This document shows, piece after piece, positions 8,916 to 15,433 of a stretch of DNA of 60,408 nt; the stretch's first letter is position 1; the number at the start of each line of letters is the position of its first letter. The stretch comes from a virus, in the IMG/VR virus record IMGVR_UViG_3300006198_000003, positions 1 through 60,408 of that record, one strand, 5' to 3'. The translations under genes were made by a program, and so were the position numbers. The notes under the pieces are model-generated. The model did no database searches. It was not told the DNA's origin and saw only the letters and a program-made list of their open reading frames with translations.

Positions 8916-10611
8916 CATAGATGACCGCCTACTTGAATTATACCGCCAGTTAGAGGACTTCATTCTCAAAGACATCACCCGCCGCCTACTCTCCGCCGGA
9001 GAAATGACCGCAACCGCCGACCGACTTATTTGGAAGTTGAAGCAGATGGGAGAGAGCCAAGCGGCGATTGAACAGAAATTACAAAAGCTAACAGGACTGA
9101 CAAGAAAAGAACTCCGCTCCCTCCTGCAAGATGCCGTTCTGACCTCATGGGAGGACGATAGAGCGACTTTAGGGCAGTTGGGTATAGAATTATCCAATCC
9201 GCTCAAAAATGCCGCTGTAATCCGTGTTATGGACGCAGAATATAAGAAAAGCCTTGGAGAACTGACGAACCTCACACGCACAACTATGAAGCAAAGTCAG
9301 ATTGACCTTATCAATATGCTTGACGAAGCTGATTTGAGGGTGGCGGCAGGAGTGCAAAGCTATTCAGCGGCGGTGTGTGATATTTTGGATAGGTATGCTG
9401 GACGGGGAATCTATGTGGACTATCCGAGCGGCGCAAGACGCACATTGGAATCGGCGGTTAGATTGTGCGTTGTCACATCAATGAATCAGACGGCGGCGCA
9501 AGTGACGAATCAGTACATAGTTGAGGGTGGAATTGAGTATGTCCTTGTATCGGCTCATTTAGGGGCGAGAGTGGCGCAGAAAGGACAGCCGCAAGAAGCG
9601 GACCATTCAGCATGGCAAGGGAGAGTCTATAAAATCCGAGGGACCACACCGGAATACCCTAATTTACTGGACCGGACCGGCTATGATGTGGACCCGAACA
9701 CTGGACAAGGGACCGTTAAAAATCCGCTGGGCCTGCACGGGTACAACTGCCGACACTCACATAAACCGTGGGACCCACGTTTGCGCAATCCATATGTTGA
9801 TGAAAATGGAAATCTGAAAATAGACAGTGAGGAGAACAGAAAACGCTACGAGCTTCAGCAGAAACAGCGTGCTATGGAACGGAGCCTGCGGGCATGGAAA
9901 CGAAAGTTGATTGAAAAGCAGGAGCAAATCAACAATCCCCGTGAAGATATGGACGTTTCCAAGCTGCAACAAGAATATGACCGCATGGCCTACCAACTGA
10001 CACAGAAAAATAAGGCGTACAACGATTTCTGCAAACAGAATGATTTGCAGCCGCAGTATGACCGCATAAAGGTAGCTGATTTCGGCAGGGAGCAGACAAA
10101 GCGGAGTAATGCAGGGGCAAAAAGGTATAAAAGTATTGAAAATTCTGCGGATTCTGATACAATAAAGGCAGGAGTTAAAAGTGGCGCCCTAACAAGCAAA
10201 AATGACCCTGATTTTAAGAAACGTGATTCATTTGCGGAAATGTATTATCGTGAAGTTCTTGGAAGAAAACGCGAGTATGAAATAAAAGCTGTGGCAAAGA
10301 ACAGCGGCTTTTCAGCAGAAGATATAGACAAAGTATTCTCCCACGTTTTTGAGAAGAAGCATCTATTTTCTGATGGAACAATACATAAGTTTTCCCCGGA
10401 CTATGATATGGCGCAGTCATGGATTCGATTGAGAGAGGGGAAACGTATTCAGGAGCATGACATCATTCTTTTGAATCATGAATTGATGGAAGCGAATATA
10501 ATGGGAAAAGGAACGGGCATTCCTTATGAAACAGCCCATGAAGAAGCGCAGAAACAGTATAATTATGCTGCAGCTCTTAAAAAATATCTGAAAGAAAATA
10601 ATTTGGAGTGA
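8890..10611 (+). CDS. MuF/SPP1 gp7-like head morphogenesis protein with C-terminal extension
   Basis: N-terminus MLSPDYFNNIDDRLLELYRQLEDFILKDITRRL (minor capsid protein 2 type) and GYNCRHSHKPW (MuF signature); about 190 extra C-terminal residues. Confidence 0.85.
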   Translation: MLSPDYFNNIDDRLLELYRQLEDFILKDITRRLLSAGEMTATADRLIWKLKQMGESQAAIEQKLQKLTGLTRKELRSLLQDAVLTSWEDDRATLGQLGIELSNPLKNAAVIRVMDAEYKKSLGELTNLTRTTMKQSQIDLINMLDEADLRVAAGVQSYSAAVCDILDRYAGRGIYVDYPSGARRTLESAVRLCVVTSMNQTAAQVTNQYIVEGGIEYVLVSAHLGARVAQKGQPQEADHSAWQGRVYKIRGTTPEYPNLLDRTGYDVDPNTGQGTVKNPLGLHGYNCRHSHKPWDPRLRNPYVDENGNLKIDSEENRKRYELQQKQRAMERSLRAWKRKLIEKQEQINNPREDMDVSKLQQEYDRMAYQLTQKNKAYNDFCKQNDLQPQYDRIKVADFGREQTKRSNAGAKRYKSIENSADSDTIKAGVKSGALTSKNDPDFKKRDSFAEMYYREVLGRKREYEIKAVAKNSGFSAEDIDKVFSHVFEKKHLFSDGTIHKFSPDYDMAQSWIRLREGKRIQEHDIILLNHELMEANIMGKGTGIPYETAHEEAQKQYNYAAALKKYLKENNLE

Positions 10612-10621
10612 GGTATCTTAA

Positions 10622-10840
10622 ATGCTTACTTATATTTTATCAGAAATAAACGGCGATGAATATATATATATTTATTATCCAGACGGAAATAAGGAAGCGC
10701 CTGGGAAGGTCGGATTGTCAAAGAACGGAGAAAAGCGGATAATTGAGGAATCGTCGGAGGATTTTGGAAGAAGATATGCGCAACACGCTTTGAATGGTAT
10801 TGATATGTCAAAAGAGATCGGAACTGTTGCATGGTATTAG
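10622..10840 (+). CDS. hypothetical small protein downstream of the MuF-like gene
   Basis: 72-aa ORF 10 nt after the MuF stop. Confidence 0.45.
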   Translation: MLTYILSEINGDEYIYIYYPDGNKEAPGKVGLSKNGEKRIIEESSEDFGRRYAQHALNGIDMSKEIGTVAWY

Positions 10841-11061
10841 GCTTTGGGCGCTGTTTGAAGATGATATTTATGAAAGTCAAAAGTAAATTAAAGATTGGCA
10901 ATAAAGTATTGCTCACCCTTGATGGAGATATTCTTGAAAAGAATGCAGATTTTGTTCTGATTGACGGGAAAAAGTATAAGTATGATGTTGCCTATGTTAT
11001 GCCGTCAACGATAGGAGTAGAAGTAGAAGATATACAATCTGATGAAGTAGAATTTGTTTAG
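10831..11061 (+). CDS. hypothetical protein
   Basis: 76-aa ORF overlapping the previous stop; followed by a terminator. Confidence 0.4.
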   Translation: MVLGFGRCLKMIFMKVKSKLKIGNKVLLTLDGDILEKNADFVLIDGKKYKYDVAYVMPSTIGVEVEDIQSDEVEFV

Positions 11062-11075
11062 TGTTGATGTAATAT

Positions 11076-11103
11076 GCCGCCGGTTAAATTCCGGCGGTTT
11101 TTC
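11076..11103 (+). terminator. rho-independent terminator
   Basis: GCCGCCGG-TTAAATT-CCGGCGG followed by TTTTT. Confidence 0.8.
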
Positions 11104-11113
11104 TTGAATTAAA

Positions 11114-11147
11114 ATGGTACATCTCCCTCACGCTGAAGCTGTATAAT
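11114..11147 (+). promoter_or_regulatory. Conserved promoter-like motif copy P2
   Basis: ATGGTA 11114-11119, 22-nt spacer, TG-TATAAT 11142-11147. Confidence 0.55.
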
Positions 11148-11170
11148 TGGGGCATGGAGGTAGGGAGGGT

Positions 11171-11581
11171 ATGGCAAAACATAAATATGTGATATACAAA
11201 ATATTTTATGATAGCCCAGACGGAGAATGTATAGCATATCTTGGAAGAACAAAGCAGCCGATAAATGCAAGACTCAATGGCCATTTCTTCCAGAAGCCCA
11301 TGCACAAACTGATAGACGTGCTGCAGGTGAGTCATATTGAGGTTGCGGAGTGCAAAACCGAGGCAGATATGTTCTTGTATGAAATCTATTACATAAATAG
11401 ATACAAGCCGATGCTCAATAGGGATGATAAATCCAAAGAGGATTTGACAATCAATCTCCCGGAACTGGATTTTCAGATACTCCACAACGAATCGCTTATG
11501 AATAAGTGGAGAGAAAAGATAAGCCGCAGAAACGAGTTTGCAAAGAATTATCAATCTGGGGATTGCCTTGTGTGGGATTGA
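11171..11581 (+). CDS. GIY-YIG nuclease domain protein (free-standing homing-endonuclease-like)
   Basis: KYVIYKI...CIAYLGRT...R...H...EADMFLYEIYYINRYKPMLN follows the GIY-YIG motif order; RBS GGGAGGG. Confidence 0.7.
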   Translation: MAKHKYVIYKIFYDSPDGECIAYLGRTKQPINARLNGHFFQKPMHKLIDVLQVSHIEVAECKTEADMFLYEIYYINRYKPMLNRDDKSKEDLTINLPELDFQILHNESLMNKWREKISRRNEFAKNYQSGDCLVWD

Positions 11582-11650
11582 ATTATCAACCTAGAATTGC
11601 TATAATGTGAAAAAATACATATCAGAGGGCGATGGATATGGGAAATAAAA

Positions 11651-11671
11651 GGGCAGAAATGCTCTTTTTTT
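11651..11671 (+). terminator. rho-independent terminator
   Basis: GGGCA-GAAA-TGCTC followed by TTTTTTT. Confidence 0.6.
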
Positions 11672-11684
11672 CTGCAAAAATGTA

Positions 11685-11713
11685 TTGACTTATACGCATA
11701 ATAGGCGCATAAT
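11685..11713 (+). promoter_or_regulatory. sigma-A type promoter of hicAB
   Basis: TTGACT 11685-11690, 17-nt spacer, CATAAT 11708-11713. Confidence 0.65.
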
Positions 11714-11736
11714 TGTATTTGCAAGGAGGGCACAGG

Positions 11737-11910
11737 ATGAAAACAAAAGACCTTATCAAACTATTAGAAAGCAATGGTTGGAAGTTCAAGCGGCACGGTG
11801 GAAACCATGATGTCTATGAAAAAGGCGGAAAGAGGGAAAGCATCGTAAGACACAGAGAAACAGATGAAGATTTAGCAAAAGCAATCATCAAGCGGAACGG
11901 GCTGAAATAA
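11737..11910 (+). CDS. hicA: HicA toxin (type II TA mRNA interferase)
   Basis: MKTKDLIKLLESNGWKFKRHGGNHDVYEK...IVRHRE...AIIKRNGL, the HicA dsRBD-like pattern. Confidence 0.9.
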   Translation: MKTKDLIKLLESNGWKFKRHGGNHDVYEKGGKRESIVRHRETDEDLAKAIIKRNGLK

Positions 11911-11963
11911 GCCTGGAATCCGCGGGATATAATAAATAAAGTCGTGTTAAGGAGGTTAACGGA

Positions 11964-12362
11964 ATGAAAAAAGCATATCCAGTTATTCTGTCACAAGGAG
12001 AAAAATTTATCGTGGCATATGTGCCGGATTTTGAAATCAATACACAAGGTACAGATGTTGCAGATGCAATCGAAATGGCAAGGGACGCAATAGGGGTTGT
12101 CGGCATTGATATGGAAGATGATGGAGAATCCTTACCAGAACCAACAGCAATTTCAGATGTAAAGGCTGATTCGACGGCGGATATTGTAACACTTGTTGAT
12201 GTGGACTTCGGAGAGTATCGCAGAAAGAACGATATGAGGGCGGTCAAGAAAAACTGCACAATACCGTCATGGTTGAATTTTGAAGCTGAAAAGGCGGGGG
12301 TGAATTTTTCTGCAATATTGACGGCGGCACTCAAAAGCGAGTTGAAAATTCAAAGCAGATAA
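11964..12362 (+). CDS. hicB: HicB antitoxin
   Basis: YPVILSQGEKFIVAYVPDFEINTQGTDVADAIEMARDAIG, the HicB N-domain pattern, directly downstream of hicA. Confidence 0.85.
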   Translation: MKKAYPVILSQGEKFIVAYVPDFEINTQGTDVADAIEMARDAIGVVGIDMEDDGESLPEPTAISDVKADSTADIVTLVDVDFGEYRRKNDMRAVKKNCTIPSWLNFEAEKAGVNFSAILTAALKSELKIQSR

Positions 12363-12380
12363 ATGTGAAGAAAAAGGAAA

Positions 12381-12410
12381 GGGCAGTAGAGAAAATCTAT
12401 TGCTCTTTTA
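12381..12410 (+). terminator. rho-independent terminator after hicB
   Basis: GGGCAGTAGA-GAAAA-TCTATTGCTC (two G-U pairs) followed by TTTTA. Confidence 0.7.
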
Positions 12411-12561
12411 TTCTGCCTAAGTATCATAGTCAGAGCGCACAGATTGACATAGGAGCGGCGAACGACAAGCAGGCGTCTTATCAGAGGATGCGGATTTTAA
12501 GGCAAAGCGTGATGTTGTTGTGAAATACAAAAAGAGCATGGAGCAGATTTCATGAGACAAA

Positions 12562-12587
12562 GGGGCGGCAGTGATGCCGCTCTTTTT
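12562..12587 (+). terminator. rho-independent terminator
   Basis: GCGGCA-GTGA-TGCCGC followed by TCTTTTT. Confidence 0.7.
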
Positions 12588-12597
12588 GCGCTTAACT

Positions 12598-12631
12598 TTG
12601 GTACAAATAATTTTTGAAGCTGTGGTATGAT
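12598..12631 (+). promoter_or_regulatory. Conserved promoter-like motif copy P3
   Basis: TTGGTA 12598-12603, 22-nt spacer, TGG-TATGAT 12626-12631. Confidence 0.55.
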
Positions 12632-12637
12632 GTAATC

Positions 12638-13240
12638 ACTCCGTACAAGATGAATGAACTTTCTGGATTGTTCTGTTTTACAGGATATGAAATTAGGGAA
12701 CGCGTCTTCGGAACCTGCACAGTCCTTGCAGACAGAAAATGGACATTGATCAGAATGCCGTTTGAAGTGGAGGGAACGCACGCCGCGTGATGGGCGGGTG
12801 TATGATTGTGAGTTTGGGAGCCAAAATAGCTTCGTGGGTTTTAACAATCAAAAATTAGAAGGAGGATACGGCCATGAAGAAGCGATGTTACAACCATGCT
12901 AACGTGATGGAAAATTTTGAAATCTGATCCGGCTGCGGCCCGTGGCGAATGAATCGCCAAACGTGGCATCATGTGAGATGAATCGCGGCTTTAAGAACAC
13001 GTTAAACTATGTAAGACCGCACTGCACAGCCCTTGCAGACATAAAATGGACAATCTACCTGAAGGAGACTTGAAGTCCTGCAATGCTATATAGTTTCCAA
13101 AAAACTTTATCTGTAATAGATGAGACTAGCCAGTGATTGCAGTAGTCTGGCAGTTACAGATAGTGCGCTGGAAGTGATGATCAGATTGTGAGCGTAGCGA
13201 AGCAATAATCAATCGAGGTAGTTTATAAGGCGCATATGGT
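12638..13240 (+). ncRNA. candidate large structured noncoding RNA (ROOL/GOLLD-like context; class unverified)
   Basis: No credible ORF; promoter motif upstream; runs into a tRNA-like element. Hand-verified nested helices at 13111-13159; 31-nt internal repeat at 12715 and 13022. Confidence 0.4.
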
Positions 13241-13316
13241 GGAAAGTTGTGTTATCTGGCGTGAAACTGCCGGGAGGCTAGCACCGGCGAGATAGGTTCG
13301 ATTCCTATACTTTCCA
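13241..13316 (+). ncRNA. tRNA-like element TL1 (10-nt anticodon-position loop)
   Basis: Acceptor GGAAAGT/ACTTTCC 7/7; T arm ATAGG-TTCGATT-CCTAT. Stem GCCGG/CCGGC closes the loop GAGGCTAGCA; weak 3-bp D stem. Confidence 0.55.
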
Positions 13317-13416
13317 TGCCTGGGAAGATACCACAAGAGAACTGGGTGTTGCAATCCGTCAAGAACGGTAAACGCAGGGGAGGTATCATTGGGGCGAGTG
13401 GTTATCGCTTCAAAAG

Positions 13417-13530
13417 CGGATAGTAGCTTAATGGTAGAGCCGGAGTAGGGGGCAATCCGAAACGAAAAGGAGTGCAAATATCCGTGGCTATAGTGTGCCT
13501 AATATGCAGGTTCGATTCCTGCCTATCCAT
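13417..13530 (+). ncRNA. tRNA-like element TL2 (114 nt, oversized anticodon/variable region)
   Basis: Acceptor CGGATAG/CTATCCA (C1-A72 mismatch), D arm GCTT-AATGGTA-GAGC, T arm GCAGG-TTCGATT-CCTGC; 72 nt lie between the D and T arms. Confidence 0.55.
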
Positions 13531-13587
13531 TTAACTCTGATAGGGGAGTTTTCTCTTGTCGGAAACCGCAAAAGGGAGGATATGAGA

Positions 13588-13869
13588 ATGGATAAAAATG
13601 ATTCACTTGGGATGTGCATAGCAAAAATAATTGGCTGTGTGATTTTAATATGCTTGATTGCATCATTCAGTCGTTCTTGCAGTAGAAGTGATAGGAGTAT
13701 GGTTTCTATCAAAGAGGGATATTGTTATGACTATGATACGCAAATAATTTATATCGAATCTTATACTGGAAGATATGGACTGGAAACAACATACACACCA
13801 TATTACAATTTTGACGGTGATTTATGCAAATATGATTTAGAATCGGGAAACTGGATTCCTATTGAGTGA
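13588..13869 (+). CDS. small membrane-anchored protein
   Basis: RBS GGGAGGA; MDKNDSLGMCIAKIIGCVILICLIASF is an N-terminal TM helix; Tyr-rich ectodomain. Confidence 0.6.
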   Translation: MDKNDSLGMCIAKIIGCVILICLIASFSRSCSRSDRSMVSIKEGYCYDYDTQIIYIESYTGRYGLETTYTPYYNFDGDLCKYDLESGNWIPIE

Positions 13870-13883
13870 TTTTAGCCTTTAAC

Positions 13884-13917
13884 TTGGTACAACAATCTCA
13901 CCAAACTGCGGTACAAT
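13884..13917 (+). promoter_or_regulatory. Conserved promoter-like motif copy P4
   Basis: TTGGTA 13884-13889, 22-nt spacer, TACAAT 13912-13917. Confidence 0.55.
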
Positions 13918-14069
13918 ATAAGCATAAAAGGCATTAGGAAATGGGCGCGACATAAGGTAAGACCGAAAAAGAAAGTAGGCACTGAATATAATCAAAGACA
14001 GGAACAAATGTGAAGCGTTTTCTGCGGTACTAATGCTTTTTATAAATGTAAATCGGGAGGGATATGGAA

Positions 14070-14495
14070 ATGAAGAAGAAAATTTCAGGTGCAATTTTGG
14101 TAGTGGTTTTATTGTTTTCTTTGACGAGTTGCGGAGAACAAGAGCAAGTTGATTTTCTGAATCAGCAGATTGCAGAGTTGCAAACTCAAAAATCATCTTT
14201 AGAGGTCGAAATTACAGACCTTGAAAATATGGTTGCGCAAAAGAAAGAGGAAAACGGAACAGCAAAATATATATTGACTTTAGAAATAAAACAGACTCAT
14301 TTTACTCTGAAAATATCTGAGCATTTGAAAGATGCTATGAATGCAATAGAGATTCAGATTCCAGTAGATAAAGAATATTATGATTCTGTGGAAGTCGGAC
14401 AAAATATTGCTGATGAATTCAGAATGGGAAGTCTTGTTTTTAAAGGAACATTTGGAAATTTCAAGGTTTCCGTAATTAAAAAAGAGATTCACTAA
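14070..14495 (+). CDS. lipoprotein with coiled-coil segment
   Basis: MKKKISGAILVVVLLFSLTSCGEQ is a signal peptide plus lipobox (LTSC); RBS GGGAGGG. Confidence 0.75.
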   Translation: MKKKISGAILVVVLLFSLTSCGEQEQVDFLNQQIAELQTQKSSLEVEITDLENMVAQKKEENGTAKYILTLEIKQTHFTLKISEHLKDAMNAIEIQIPVDKEYYDSVEVGQNIADEFRMGSLVFKGTFGNFKVSVIKKEIH

Positions 14496-14515
14496 TTTAA
14501 TATAGGAGAACAACC

Positions 14516-14683
14516 ATGACACAATACCAATGGGTACTCTGCCCCATCTGCGGAGGAAAAACCCGAACGAAAATCAGACCGGACACCGAGGCGAAAAACC
14601 TACCGATTTTGTGCCGGTTGTGCAAGAATGAGGTTGTAGTGGATATTGAAAAGGGAAAGGCGGTAAAGTCTGAAAATGCTTGA
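14516..14683 (+). CDS. cysteine-rich KTR domain protein (55 aa)
   Basis: MTQYQWVLCPICGGKTRTKIRPDTEAKNLPILCRLCKNEVVVDI matches the Clostridial Cys-rich KTR family pattern; RBS AGGAGAA. Confidence 0.7.
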   Translation: MTQYQWVLCPICGGKTRTKIRPDTEAKNLPILCRLCKNEVVVDIEKGKAVKSENA

Positions 14684-14915
14684 TATATGTTATGAGGAAT
14701 TGGACTATTTGAAAGAACATATAGACGAGGAAAAAGAGATACTCGGATATGACTTTCTTGATACATGGGATTTTGAAGATGAATATTCTCATAATCACAT
14801 TGAGGAAAACAGAAGCAAGTTTATACAGCTTGCCAATGAATATTTTAGAGAAAACAACTTGCCTTATGAAGCAAAAGAAACTTGTGAGAGGGCAAAGATA
14901 TTTGAAAAAAGATAG
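14676..14915 (+). CDS. hypothetical acidic protein
   Basis: 79-aa ORF overlapping the KTR gene stop. Confidence 0.45.
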   Translation: MLDICYEELDYLKEHIDEEKEILGYDFLDTWDFEDEYSHNHIEENRSKFIQLANEYFRENNLPYEAKETCERAKIFEKR

Positions 14916-14979
14916 AGCCAAGACGCATTGACGCAAGAGCCAGTAGATACGAGAAATCGTGTTTGCTGGCATTTTTATT

Positions 14980-15006
14980 TTGACATTATCTAATTTTTGA
15001 TAAATT
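14980..15006 (+). promoter_or_regulatory. sigma-A type promoter with extended -10 upstream of the tRNA-like cluster
   Basis: TTGACA 14980-14985, 15-nt spacer, TGaTAAATT 14998-15006. Confidence 0.5.
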
Positions 15007-15011
15007 TCCTA

Positions 15012-15030
15012 ACCCTCCTTTCAAGAGGGT
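15012..15030 (+). other. stand-alone anticodon-arm-like hairpin (loop CTTTCAA)
   Basis: ACCCTC/GAGGGT 6-bp stem and a 7-nt loop with U at position 2 and A at position 6; central triplet TTC. Confidence 0.5.
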
Positions 15031-15081
15031 GCATCCGTCAGTAATGGTGCTGTAAAGGCGGTTCGATTCCGCACTGGTGCA
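15031..15081 (+). ncRNA. tRNA-like element TL3 (51 nt, no anticodon arm)
   Basis: Acceptor GCATCCG/CTGGTGC (6/7 pairs), D-like hairpin CAG-TAATGGTG-CTG, T arm GGCGG-TTCGATT-CCGCA; nothing lies between the D and T arms. Confidence 0.45.
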
Positions 15082-15144
15082 TTTGGGGAGAAATCCCCAC
15101 ATTTCCCTATCAAGCGTCTGCCCCTTGTGGGTGGGCGCACTCCT

Positions 15145-15218
15145 GGGAGATTAAAGATAACTGGAAATCGCCTAGACTCCAAATCTACGGTACGAGGGTT
15201 CGATTCCTTCATCTCCTG
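15145..15218 (+). tRNA. tRNA-Trp (anticodon CCA), imperfect
   Basis: Acceptor GGGAGAT/ATCTCCT, anticodon arm CTAGA-CTCCAAA-TCTAC (C-C at 27-43), T arm GAGGG-TTCGATT-CCTTC, 3-bp D stem, one extra nt after the acceptor. Confidence 0.6.
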
Positions 15219-15237
15219 TTTGGCAGACGTGCCAAGT

Positions 15238-15354
15238 TCTTCATATCTGGTTCAAATCCAGTCGCCTTGATAGAAAAATCGTGATGCGCAGCGAAAGTAT
15301 CTTGAAAAGGTAGGGGCGTTGGCAGTAAGCGCGGTTCGATTCCGCTGTGAAGAA
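15238..15354 (+). ncRNA. tRNA-like element TL5 (117 nt, large internal insertion)
   Basis: Acceptor TCTTCAT/GTGAAGA 7/7 (one G-U), hairpin CTGG-TTCAAAT-CCAG at the D position, T arm CGCGG-TTCGATT-CCGCT; 69-nt middle with helix CGCCTT/GGGGCG. Confidence 0.5.
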
Positions 15355-15433
15355 TTACCCCGGCAGAGGTTCATCTGCCTAAATCCATACAGCGGACACG
15401 CTGTTAAAAACCATGTTAGGAGGATAACGAAAC

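Noticed and set aside
10474-10500. HELME in the MuF C-terminal domain as a metalloprotease motif
   Set aside because: It is not HExxH because the fifth residue is Glu, and there is no downstream third ligand pattern.
12411-12561. 150-nt segment between two terminators as a separate small RNA
   Set aside because: It contains a TTGACA but no acceptable -10 at 16-18 nt, and no clear structure apart from the terminator. The evidence is insufficient.
12497-12847. 116-aa minus-strand ORF in the noncoding region
   Set aside because: It has no RBS, runs antisense across a terminator and a promoter motif, and its composition is atypical. It is treated as spurious.
13495-13587. Upstream extension of the membrane-protein ORF (start at 13495)
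   Set aside because: The extension overlaps the T arm and acceptor of tRNA-like element TL2 and lacks an RBS. The ATG at 13588 (or 13582) follows GGGAGGA.
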